Positions 1 through 8,483 of a DNA stretch of 60,354 nt are shown piece by piece. The notes under the pieces were generated by a model that worked only from the letters and a program-made list of their open reading frames with translations, had not been told where the DNA came from and did not search any database. The stretch covers positions 1-60,354 of the forward strand of contig CAZXML010000006.1 of NCBI GenBank assembly GCA_964641245.1. The letters are read 5' to 3'. The position numbers and the translations under genes are program-made. This DNA is from an uncultured Gammaproteobacteria bacterium (GTDB taxonomy: Bacteria; Patescibacteriota; Patescibacteriia; Magasanikbacterales; GWA2-37-8). Each line of letters starts with the position of its first letter. Position 1 is the stretch's first letter.

Positions 1-3000
1 GACAAATTCTGCTTATAAAATCAACGGTACAAATGTCATCATTGCCCAACCAGCATTATCTAACTTCTTTTTCGGTAATTCAGGTAATTTGACGATGACG
101 GGGACCTATAACACCGCTATGGGTTATAATGCGCTCCTCAGCAACACCACCGGAAACACTAATTCCGCTATGGGTTTACAAGCGCTCTACAGCAACACCA
201 TCGGAACCCATAACACCGCTATGGGTTATAATGCGCTCCTCAGCAACACCACGGGGATCCATAATACCGCCATGGGTGTGAACGCGCTCTACGACCTCAA
301 TATCCTTGTTGGGACAGGAGCCAATACTGCCCTTGGCTATAACACCGGCAGAGGAATTATTACGGGTGTCAACAACACTATTATCGGAGCCAATGTTACA
401 GGGCTTACCTCCACACTTTCCAATAACATTATCATTGCGGACGGTGCCGGAAACCAAAGAATAAATATAGACGCAAACGGCTACGTTAGTTTCGGCACTA
501 CCACCCCCGTTGCTCAATTTTCTATCCAAGGGTTCGCCTCCAGCAGTCCTATTTTTGATGTAGCTTCATCATCTGGCGCAAGCCTTTTGCGCGTCCTCGC
601 CAACGGCAACATTGGCATCAATTCCTCCACTCCAATCGACACCCTCGCTGTTCAAGGCGGATTGCAAGTAGTAGGCGGAGTTACTTCCACAAATCTATAT
701 GTCTCCGGCATCACCAATCTTGGGGTCACTACTGTCTCTACACTCACTGCCACAAATGTTACCTCCACCAACGTTTCCAGTACCAATAGTTATTCCAATT
801 CATATACCGGTACTTGGAATGGAAACCTGCTTTCAATTACAGTCGGCGGCACCAACAGTTCCACCATTGGCCCGGCCGGCTCTGTCGCATATTCTAACGC
901 CAGCAGTTACTTGTTTACCGCCGCCGGTACAGCCGGACAAATTTTGCAGGCCAATGGCACCGGCGCTCCTACTTGGATAAATACCAGCACCATGGGATTT
1001 GTTAATCTGCAGGGCGTTACGTCCGGTACGCAACAAATTGGAAATTTTAATATTTCTGGTACAGGTCTTGTAGGTACGTCATTTGGTGTTAATACTACCA
1101 GCCCAATCGCTTCTTTGGCGGTGCAGGGAATTGGTGGAACTAACCCTTTTAGTATTAATTCCTCAACCGGAGCTTCTCTACTGGTTATTTTGCAAAACGG
1201 CAATGTTGGTATTGGAACTTCAACTCCCGCTTTCAAGATGGATGTTGCTGGAGATGTCAATATCACGACAAATTCTGCTTATAAAATCAACGGTACAAAT
1301 GTCATCATTGCCCAACCAGCACTAAGTAACTTCTTTTTCGGTAATTCAGGTAATTTGACGATGACGGGGAGCTATAACACCGCTATGGGTTCGCAAGCGC
1401 TCTACAGTAACACCGACGGAAGCAATAACACCGCTATGGGTGTACAAGCGCTCTTAAACAACACCACCGGAAGCGAAAACACCGCTTCGGGTATGTACGC
1501 GCTCTTAAACAACACCACCGGAAACTATAACACCGCTATGGGTATGTTCGCGCTCTTCGACTTCAATACCCTTGATGGGACAGGATCCAATACTGCCCTT
1601 GGCTATAACACCGGCAGAGGAATTTCTACAGGTGTCAACAACACCATTATCGGAGCCAATGTTACAGGGCTTGCCTCCGCACTTTCCAATAACATTATCA
1701 TTGCGGATGGTGCCGGAAACCAAAGAATAAATATAAACGCAAACGGCTACGCTAGTTTTGGCACTACCACCCCCGTTGCTCAATTTTCTATCCAAGGGTT
1801 CGCCTCCAGCAGTCCTATTTTTGATGTAGCTTCATCTTCTCTTTCCAGTTTATTTAGAATTTTAGCTAATGGTAATGTGGGTATCGGGACATCTTCTCCA
1901 AGCACCGCTCTGGCAGTAAATGGAACTTCTACGATGAATGGTTTACAAATTACAAACTTAGGGAGCGCGGCAGTACCCGCGATTGCGATAGGTACGGCCA
2001 CAGATGGTTTTTACCAACGAACCGCAACCACTTTGAATATAACTACTAATGGCGCGATAACTGCTGAATTTTATAATGGTGGACTCGCAAATAATCTTAT
2101 TTACACAGGCATTATCTCTAACGGTACTACTGCTGGGAGTAGTGCTGGGGGGCAAATAGACTTTGATGGTTCGGGAATGATTATGGGACTTACAACTGTT
2201 CCAACAATTCTGGCAATCAGAAATAAAACCGTATCTATCAACACCACATCCGTTTCCGCTTCGTTAATGGTTCAAAGCGCTCCCGGAGCCGTTCCGTTTT
2301 CGGTTGTTTCTTCTAGCGTTACCGAAACTTCAATGTTTAAAATATTATCAAATGGCAATGTGGGTGTTAATACTACCAGCCCAATCGCTTCTTTGGCGGT
2401 GCAGGGAATTGGTGGAACTAACCCTTTTAGTATTAATTCCTCAACCGGAGCTTCTCTACTGGTTATTTTGCAAAACGGCAATGTTGGTATTGGAACTTCA
2501 ACTCCCGCTTTCAAGATGGATGTTGCTGGAGATGTCAATATCACGACAAATTCTGCTTATAAAATCAACGGTACAAATGTCATCATTGCCCAACCAGAAT
2601 TAAGTAACTTCTTTTTCGGTAATTCAGGTAATTTGACGATGACGGGCGGCTATAACACCGCCTCGGGTTACCAAGCGCTCAACAGCAACACCGCCGGAAC
2701 CGATAACACCGCTATGGGTATGCAAGCGCTCTACAGCAACACCATCGGAAACTATAACACCGCTATGGGTGAGGCTGCGCTTTACAACAACACCACCGGA
2801 GACCAAAACACCGCCTCGGGTGCGTATGCGCTCTACAGCAACACCACCGGATTCTATAACACCGCCTTGGGCATGTACACGCTCCTCAACCTCAATATCC
2901 TTAATGAGACAGGAGCCAATACTGCCATTGGCTATAACACCGGAGGAGGAATTATTACAGGTGTCAACAACACCATTATCGGAGCCAATGTTACAGGGCT

Positions 3001-3230
3001 TGCCTCCGCACTTTCCAATAACATTATCATTGCGGATGGTGCCGGAAACCAAAGAATAAATATAAACGCAAACGGCTACGCTAGTTTCGGCACTACCACC
3101 CCCGTTGCTCAATTTTCTATTCAAGGGTTCGCCTCCAGCAGTCCTATTTTTAATGTAGCTTCATCTTCTCTTTCCAGTTTATTTAGAATTTTAGCTAATG
3201 GCAATGTTGGTATAGGATCTTCCACTCCTG
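1..3230 (+). repeat. Long in-frame tandem duplication inside the fibre gene: units 1-1266 and 1267-2544, plus a partial third unit from 2545 to about 3230.
   Basis: gacaaattctgcttataaaatcaacggtacaaatgtcatcattgcccaacc recurs at positions 1, 1267 and 2545. The stretch ~1083-1322 is essentially identical to ~2360-2600, as shown by identical frame-shifted ORF translations in the track (1083..1325 versus 2304..2603). Confidence 0.9.
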
Positions 3231-5260
3231 GCTTTAATTTTGTAGCTGTCGGATCTGTTTCTCTTCCTACCATTCCAGCCTTGGCCCGAAATTCCGATCT
3301 ACTTTGTTGGGATACTGTAACCGGTACTTTAAGCCACCAGGCAACCACATGTACAATTTCATCTGCTTGGTTTAAAGAAAATATTAAGAGCTTATCTTCG
3401 GAGAAATTGATGGAAGAGGTCAGACAATTAAGAGCTGTTAGTTTTGATTATAAATCTGATGGCCAAACAAGCGAGGGTTTTATTGCGGAAGAAGTGGCTT
3501 TAATAGATCCAATGTTGGTTGTTTATACTTCTGACTATACCAATGAAAGATTTGATTGGGTTCAAAAAAATTATCCGAACTCAATTCTATACAAAGACGG
3601 CAAAACTTTAATCCCCCAAACAGTGGATTATTCTCGAGTATCGGTTCTCCTTACCGGCGCGCTTCAAGACATAAATGCCAGACTGGCGGTTTATGCTTCT
3701 TCAACAGAAGTAATGTCTTCGGTTTTGAATATTAATACTACTAACAACACTATTGCAGTCGGCACTTCTACCAATCCATATAACCTTGTTGTCACAGGCA
3801 ATATTTCTTTGAGTGGTACGAATGTAGTGAATAAACTCTCCTTCGCCACCTCCACTTTATTTGAATCAAACGTAGCCAGTTTTTCCGGAGCCCGCGCCTT
3901 TATTTTAAACGCGCCTAATTTTACCGGCGCTTCGGCTGATAATTATATTATTTCTCTGCGGGCAAACAACAATCCGGTTTTCTCGGTGGCGGCCAGCGGC
4001 GATGTGCATGCATTCGGAAATTATTATGGCGCCAGCGCTGTTTTGGGCACTTCCACCAACCCTGGAGATTTGGCCGAGCGGGTAGATGTGGCTGTGGATG
4101 ATACGGTGGAACCTGGCGATGTGATGGTGGTAGATAAAAACGCGCCCGACACTTATCGTCGCAGTGGCTCGGCCTACGAACAATCCGTCGCCGGTATCAT
4201 CTCCACCAATCCTACTATTATCGTCGGCAACGGCAAAACCGAATACACTGCCGTAATGGCCATGGTTGGCCGCGTACCGGTAAAAGTTTCCAATGAAAAT
4301 GGAAATATTCAAAGAGGCGATTTATTGATTACCGCTTCCACGACCGGTTTTGCTATGAAGTATGATCCGGCTAAAGACAACAACAATAAAATGGTGGCTG
4401 TGATTGGTGTGGCCTTGGAGTCATTTGACGGCGGGATGTCGCCAACCCACCCCTACCCCGCCCAAGCGGGGAATACCACTACAGGAAAAATTTTGACTCT
4501 TATCAGAACCGGTTGGATATATAACCGCGATCAGGCGATAAATAATTTAGAAGATAATATTAAACAAATGGCTGTGGCGCAAGGAATAAATTTGTCTTCC
4601 GCCAGCGAAGCCAGCAATTTAAATATTCAGGACACTAGCGGACAACTGTCTTATACCGGCGGTATTCTTGATTTACAAAATAATTCCTTAATTAATGTAG
4701 CCGGTATAATGGGTAGAGATAATAAATGGAGAATTGACGAATCCGGTAATTTAATCCAAAAAATTGCCACGGCTAATGGCGATAAAGAAACCTATAGTCT
4801 GCAAAGCTCCGGCAAACAGGAGATTGTAATTTCCGGCACCAGTACATTGGAAAACGGAACTATAAAAGTCATTTTAGGCGATTTGGACCAGGCTATTATT
4901 GACAAAACAGTTCCATTAAGAATTCAAATTACCATGTCCGGTGAAACCAAGGGAGTGTATGTGTCCGAAAGGAATTTTGACAGCTTTGTGGTGAAAGAAA
5001 ATGAAAATGGACAGAGCAACGCTTCGTTTGACTGGACAGTCATCGCTAAAATTTTGCCGCCGGATTTGACTTCTGCCACCACAAATTCAGGCCAGGCCAA
5101 TAATGGCAGCGCGCCAACCGATGTTGTTACTATGATTCCTGATGCGGTCTTGTCAGCCAATACTTCTTCATCAATAAGTGATGTTACTTCCACGACGGTT
5201 ATTGATACGGGAGTTTCTTCTACGATTGATATTAGTTCCAGCACGCTCGTCACGCGGTAG
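2..5260 (+). CDS. Giant secreted fibre/adhesin-like protein with its 5' end outside the window. It has three ~425-aa modules of YadA-head/Hep_Hag-like NTAxG repeats, an internal Peptidase_S74-like intramolecular chaperone domain, and a ~525-aa C-terminal extension.
   Basis: Frame 2 is open from base 2. It reads TNSAYKINGTNVIIAQPALSNFFFGNSGNL, the same peptide as at the module junctions near 1267 and 2545, so the TTG at 89 in the ORF track is not the real start. Dozens of NTA[MS]G-xx-AL-xx-NT[TI]G heptad-like repeats are present. Stop codon is TAG at 5258-5260. Confidence 0.8.
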   Translation, partial: TNSAYKINGTNVIIAQPALSNFFFGNSGNLTMTGTYNTAMGYNALLSNTTGNTNSAMGLQALYSNTIGTHNTAMGYNALLSNTTGIHNTAMGVNALYDLNILVGTGANTALGYNTGRGIITGVNNTIIGANVTGLTSTLSNNIIIADGAGNQRINIDANGYVSFGTTTPVAQFSIQGFASSSPIFDVASSSGASLLRVLANGNIGINSSTPIDTLAVQGGLQVVGGVTSTNLYVSGITNLGVTTVSTLTATNVTSTNVSSTNSYSNSYTGTWNGNLLSITVGGTNSSTIGPAGSVAYSNASSYLFTAAGTAGQILQANGTGAPTWINTSTMGFVNLQGVTSGTQQIGNFNISGTGLVGTSFGVNTTSPIASLAVQGIGGTNPFSINSSTGASLLVILQNGNVGIGTSTPAFKMDVAGDVNITTNSAYKINGTNVIIAQPALSNFFFGNSGNLTMTGSYNTAMGSQALYSNTDGSNNTAMGVQALLNNTTGSENTASGMYALLNNTTGNYNTAMGMFALFDFNTLDGTGSNTALGYNTGRGISTGVNNTIIGANVTGLASALSNNIIIADGAGNQRININANGYASFGTTTPVAQFSIQGFASSSPIFDVASSSLSSLFRILANGNVGIGTSSPSTALAVNGTSTMNGLQITNLGSAAVPAIAIGTATDGFYQRTATTLNITTNGAITAEFYNGGLANNLIYTGIISNGTTAGSSAGGQIDFDGSGMIMGLTTVPTILAIRNKTVSINTTSVSASLMVQSAPGAVPFSVVSSSVTETSMFKILSNGNVGVNTTSPIASLAVQGIGGTNPFSINSSTGASLLVILQNGNVGIGTSTPAFKMDVAGDVNITTNSAYKINGTNVIIAQPELSNFFFGNSGNLTMTGGYNTASGYQALNSNTAGTDNTAMGMQALYSNTIGNYNTAMGEAALYNNTTGDQNTASGAYALYSNTTGFYNTALGMYTLLNLNILNETGANTAIGYNTGGGIITGVNNTIIGANVTGLASALSNNIIIADGAGNQRININANGYASFGTTTPVAQFSIQGFASSSPIFNVASSSLSSLFRILANGNVGIGSSTPGFNFVAVGSVSLPTIPALARNSDLLCWDTVTGTLSHQATTCTISSAWFKENIKSLSSEKLMEEVRQLRAVSFDYKSDGQTSEGFIAEEVALIDPMLVVYTSDYTNERFDWVQKNYPNSILYKDGKTLIPQTVDYSRVSVLLTGALQDINARLAVYASSTEVMSSVLNINTTNNTIAVGTSTNPYNLVVTGNISLSGTNVVNKLSFATSTLFESNVASFSGARAFILNAPNFTGASADNYIISLRANNNPVFSVAASGDVHAFGNYYGASAVLGTSTNPGDLAERVDVAVDDTVEPGDVMVVDKNAPDTYRRSGSAYEQSVAGIISTNPTIIVGNGKTEYTAVMAMVGRVPVKVSNENGNIQRGDLLITASTTGFAMKYDPAKDNNNKMVAVIGVALESFDGGMSPTHPYPAQAGNTTTGKILTLIRTGWIYNRDQAINNLEDNIKQMAVAQGINLSSASEASNLNIQDTSGQLSYTGGILDLQNNSLINVAGIMGRDNKWRIDESGNLIQKIATANGDKETYSLQSSGKQEIVISGTSTLENGTIKVILGDLDQAIIDKTVPLRIQITMSGETKGVYVSERNFDSFVVKENENGQSNASFDWTVIAKILPPDLTSATTNSGQANNGSAPTDVVTMIPDAVLSANTSSSISDVTSTTVIDTGVSSTIDISSSTLVTR
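3359..3685 (+). other. Peptidase_S74-like intramolecular chaperone / autoprocessing domain (tail-fibre and endosialidase type) embedded in the fibre protein.
   Basis: SSAWFKENIKSL...LRAVSFDYKSD...EGFIAEEVALIDPMLVV...QTVDYSRVSVLLTGALQDINARL matches the remembered S74 pattern: S-D-x-R-L-K-x-N-I ... GfIAqEv ... vdY..l..l...aiqeL. Confidence 0.6.
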
Positions 5261-5275
5261 AGATTTCGGTATTAT

Positions 5276-8200
5276 ATGACTTCACAACTAAAAAAAACAA
5301 TTTTGCTTGTCGTTGTTATTTGTAGCAGTTTTTTTTATTTATTTTTTCATCAAATTGATTCTATCCATGCGGCCAATGCAAATCAGGGAGTAACTGTTAA
5401 TTTGACCGTACCGGTTCCTGGCAGTACTGGCGGCGGCGGTACCGGCGGGGGCCCGGGAGGATCTGATGTGCCACCAGTAATTTTTGCTCTGGATTCCTTT
5501 GTTTCTTTTACCACGGCGACTGTAAGTTGGTCTGCCACTGATGATCTTGGCGTTGTCGCTTCAAGTTTTGTTTATGGGCCAACGATTAGTTATGGTAATT
5601 CCGGATTAGTAACCGGAAGCTATAAGGTTGATTTGCTCGGTCTGGCCACCGGCACTTTGTATTATTTTAAAATTTTGGCTATTGATACCGGTTCGCATAC
5701 CACTGAATATACCGGAACTTTTTCTACTTCACCGCCTCCGGCCGATACCGCCCCCCCGCTTATAAGCAACATTCAAGTGACTGCGGGCATAACCGCCGCC
5801 ACAATAACATGGGATACAAATGAATTAGCGGATAGCCAGATAAATTACGGTTTAACAAACTCCTATGGCAGTAATTATTTTGATGTAGAGGGAAAATTAA
5901 CGCATAGCGTTCTTTTATTTAATTTAACACCCAACACAACTTATCATTTTCAAATTATTTCCACCGACAGTTCCGGTAACAGCGGCAATACGCCAGATGC
6001 GACTTTTACCACTCAAGCTGACAGTGTGGCGCCTCCGGATGTTTCCGGCTTTCTTTTAACAACCACTACCAATTCTATTGTTTTGTCATGGACCAATCCT
6101 AGTTTAGCTGGAACCATAGACTTTAACTTAGTAAAAGTTCTCAGAAAAGTCGGGACACCATCGGTAAGCCCCGTTGATGGCACAGTGGTTTATACAGGCG
6201 CCGGAGAAAATTTTACAGATTTTAGTGTAGCAGTAAACACAGATTATTTTTATACAATTTTTTCTTTTGATACATCCGGAAATTATAGTCCGGGTATTTT
6301 TAGAAATGGAAAAATTTTACCGAGCCCCATTCCCGGACCTTTTGAAATTTGTGATAATGGATTGGATGATAACGGCAATGGCAGTGTAGATTGCGCGGAT
6401 ATTGCCTGCGTAAGTTTTCCGGCGTGTATTATTGTTCCCCCTCCCACTTCCACACCACCCGCGCCGGTTCCGGAGATTTGTAATAATGGAAATGATGATG
6501 ATTTAAACGGACAAATTGATTGCGCCGACAGCGCTTGTTCCGGCTATGTTGGCTGTCTGTCCCTTTCGACTGTCGCCGTTTGTAATAACGGGCTGGATGA
6601 TGATGGTGATGGAATAATTGATTATCCGGCCGACCCCGGATGTAGTAGCGCGGAAGATACCGATGAATATAATCCGCCCGAACCAACTATTCCGCCATTT
6701 GCCCAAATATATTTTAATGACCTGATATTTTTAGCCGGTAATCGCCAAATCAAGCTAGAGCCGTTGGAAAATATAATAACGGGATTATCCGGGGCTAATT
6801 TTTCATTGGTAGTTCCGGAAAATATTTTGGCAAGCGCGCCACGGACAATGATTTTAAGGGTAGGCGGGACGGATCAACACCAGTTTGTTTTTAATACAAC
6901 AGACAGAAAATATTATGCAGATCTTTCTTTTTTTGGCGTAGGTGAGTCACAGGCGTATTTGGAAATTGATTATGGTTCCGGTCAGCTGGATTCCGTGGGT
7001 TTTAAATTAAACAGTTTACCGTGGGGCCAAGTGGTTGATGAAGACGGCAAAGCTATTCCGGACGCTGAAATCACTCTTTTGGAAACCGACGGATCAGCGG
7101 CGCAGATGGGAAATTATGGCCAGTTAAATCCAATATTATCCGATGCCAACGGAAGTTTTGGCTGGATGGTGCTTAATGGCGATTTCAAAATTACCATATA
7201 TAAGGAAGGTTACTATAACCGTTCCTTTACCCTAAGCAATATTAGTAATCACGTAGTTAACGCAAAATTTGTTTTAATCACGCGGCCAATCAAGCTGGAT
7301 TTAACAGACACTCCGGCAAATATTATTAAAGCCTTAGGCTCGCAAACTAAAATCTTATCCAATATAGTTGTTCAGAAAGTGCAGGATGCCGTTACTAATC
7401 CGGAAGTGCAACAAGCAAACCAACAGATTGTGGCGCCGGCTACAATTACGGTGGTGTCCATTGGCGCGATAACATTAATTTCATGGTTGGATTTTCTGCC
7501 ACTTTTGCGGCTGTTGTTTCTGCAGCCGCTTATGCTTCTGGGCTGGAGAAAAAGAGAAAAATGGGGTTTGGTGTATAACTCTTTAAATAAATTACCAATC
7601 GATTTAGCAACTGTACGTTTAATCAGCCTGGAAACAAACAGAGTAATACAATCAAAAGTTACGGACACAAAAGGCCGGTTCTTATTTATGGTGGATCAGG
7701 GGAAATATAGGCTGGAAGTGCAAAAAAACAGTTTTATTTTCCCGTCCAAATTTTTGGAAGGATATAAAAGCGACGGCCAGAAAGTTGATATTTATCATAA
7801 TGAACCAATTGAAGTTCTTAAGCCGGCTAGCATTACAGCTAATGTGCCGCTTGATCCGGTGGGCGCGCAGAAAAAACCCTTACGTTTGGTTTTGGAAAAG
7901 TTTGGCCGAAAATTGCAGGTGGTGCTTTCTTGGATTGGTATTATTGTTACCGCCGCTTCCTTATATATATCCCCCAAATGGTACATTGTCGCTTTGCTGG
8001 TTTTACATATTGTGTTATTCCTTATCTTCCGCAGGTTGGCAGTGCCGCCCAAACCAAAAAATTGGGGTATTGTTTATGATGACACCAACAAAGCGCCGGT
8101 GGGCAGAGTGGTGGCCAGATTATTTAATTCCCAATTTAATAAGCTTGTAGATACGCAAATTACGGATAGTAGCGGTAAATATTATTTTATGGCTGGTGAT

Positions 8201-8320
8201 GGCAAGTATTATGTAACGTATGAACACAAGGAGTATCATCCAGAGAAAACGGATATTATTGATTTAGCAGGGAAAGATGCCGAAGTTATTACGGTTGATG
8301 TTAAATTAAAGAAGAATTAA
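5276..8320 (+). CDS. Large cell-surface/membrane protein: signal anchor, three Fn3-like domains, three Cys/Asp-rich CxNGxDDDxNGxxDCxDxxC modules, carboxypeptidase-regulatory-like beta domains, and internal TM segments.
   Basis: The N-terminal hydrophobic segment is KKTILLVVVICSSFFYLFF. Fn3-like blocks include VSWSATDD...YYFKILA and TWDTNELADSQINYG...TYHFQIIS. EICDNGLDDNGNGSVDCADIAC, EICNNGNDDDLNGQIDCADSAC and AVCNNGLDDDGDGIIDYPADPGC are present. TDTKGRFLFMVDQGKYRLEV and TDSSGKYYFMAGDGKYYVTY are also present. Confidence 0.65.
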   Translation: MTSQLKKTILLVVVICSSFFYLFFHQIDSIHAANANQGVTVNLTVPVPGSTGGGGTGGGPGGSDVPPVIFALDSFVSFTTATVSWSATDDLGVVASSFVYGPTISYGNSGLVTGSYKVDLLGLATGTLYYFKILAIDTGSHTTEYTGTFSTSPPPADTAPPLISNIQVTAGITAATITWDTNELADSQINYGLTNSYGSNYFDVEGKLTHSVLLFNLTPNTTYHFQIISTDSSGNSGNTPDATFTTQADSVAPPDVSGFLLTTTTNSIVLSWTNPSLAGTIDFNLVKVLRKVGTPSVSPVDGTVVYTGAGENFTDFSVAVNTDYFYTIFSFDTSGNYSPGIFRNGKILPSPIPGPFEICDNGLDDNGNGSVDCADIACVSFPACIIVPPPTSTPPAPVPEICNNGNDDDLNGQIDCADSACSGYVGCLSLSTVAVCNNGLDDDGDGIIDYPADPGCSSAEDTDEYNPPEPTIPPFAQIYFNDLIFLAGNRQIKLEPLENIITGLSGANFSLVVPENILASAPRTMILRVGGTDQHQFVFNTTDRKYYADLSFFGVGESQAYLEIDYGSGQLDSVGFKLNSLPWGQVVDEDGKAIPDAEITLLETDGSAAQMGNYGQLNPILSDANGSFGWMVLNGDFKITIYKEGYYNRSFTLSNISNHVVNAKFVLITRPIKLDLTDTPANIIKALGSQTKILSNIVVQKVQDAVTNPEVQQANQQIVAPATITVVSIGAITLISWLDFLPLLRLLFLQPLMLLGWRKREKWGLVYNSLNKLPIDLATVRLISLETNRVIQSKVTDTKGRFLFMVDQGKYRLEVQKNSFIFPSKFLEGYKSDGQKVDIYHNEPIEVLKPASITANVPLDPVGAQKKPLRLVLEKFGRKLQVVLSWIGIIVTAASLYISPKWYIVALLVLHIVLFLIFRRLAVPPKPKNWGIVYDDTNKAPVGRVVARLFNSQFNKLVDTQITDSSGKYYFMAGDGKYYVTYEHKEYHPEKTDIIDLAGKDAEVITVDVKLKKN

Positions 8321-8324
8321 TAAG

Positions 8325-8355
8325 CTTGCCACGCCGAAGCCTTAGCGAAGGTCTG
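8325..8355 (-). repeat. Copy A (inverted orientation) of a conserved 31-nt motif, CCTTCGCTAARGCTTCGGCnnGGCAAG.
   Basis: The reverse complement of cttgccacgccgaagccttagcgaaggtctg aligns with 42951-42982 and 57217-57249. Confidence 0.7.
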
Positions 8356-8356
8356 G

Positions 8357-8385
8357 TTGACAGTTGGTGATATTTAATTTATACT
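8357..8385 (+). promoter_or_regulatory. Sigma70-type promoter for tRNA-Ala.
   Basis: TTGACA (8357-8362), a 17-nt spacer, then TATACT (8380-8385), 12 nt upstream of the tRNA. Confidence 0.55.
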
Positions 8386-8397
8386 CATTAAAGAAAC

Positions 8398-8471
8398 GGG
8401 CCTTTAGCTCAGCTGGCTAGAGCGCTTCCATGGCATGGAAGAGGTCAAGGGTTCAAATCCCTTAAGGTCCA
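8398..8471 (+). tRNA. tRNA-Ala (anticodon GGC).
   Basis: Cloverleaf parse: acceptor GGGCCTT/AAGGTCC with the G3:U70 alanine identity pair. Anticodon arm is CTTCC-ATGGCAT-GGAAG. T arm is AAGGG-TTCAAAT-CCCTT. Discriminator is A. Confidence 0.9.
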
Positions 8472-8483
8472 CAAAAAATATAT

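Noticed and set aside
1-3230. A diversity-generating retroelement (template/variable repeat pair) as the explanation for the near-identical repeats in the fibre gene.
   Set aside because: No reverse transcriptase ORF is present anywhere in the window. The differences between repeat copies are not restricted to adenine positions. The repeats are 1.27-kb in-frame modules rather than ~100-150-bp TR/VR pairs.
176-3348. Antisense and out-of-frame ORFs inside the fibre gene, for example 176..529, 1505..1795 and 2624..3124 on the minus strand, and 1083..1325 on the plus strand.
   Set aside because: They recur only because the underlying DNA is repeated. They have low-complexity composition and overlap a far longer, motif-rich ORF. 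I treat them as artefacts.
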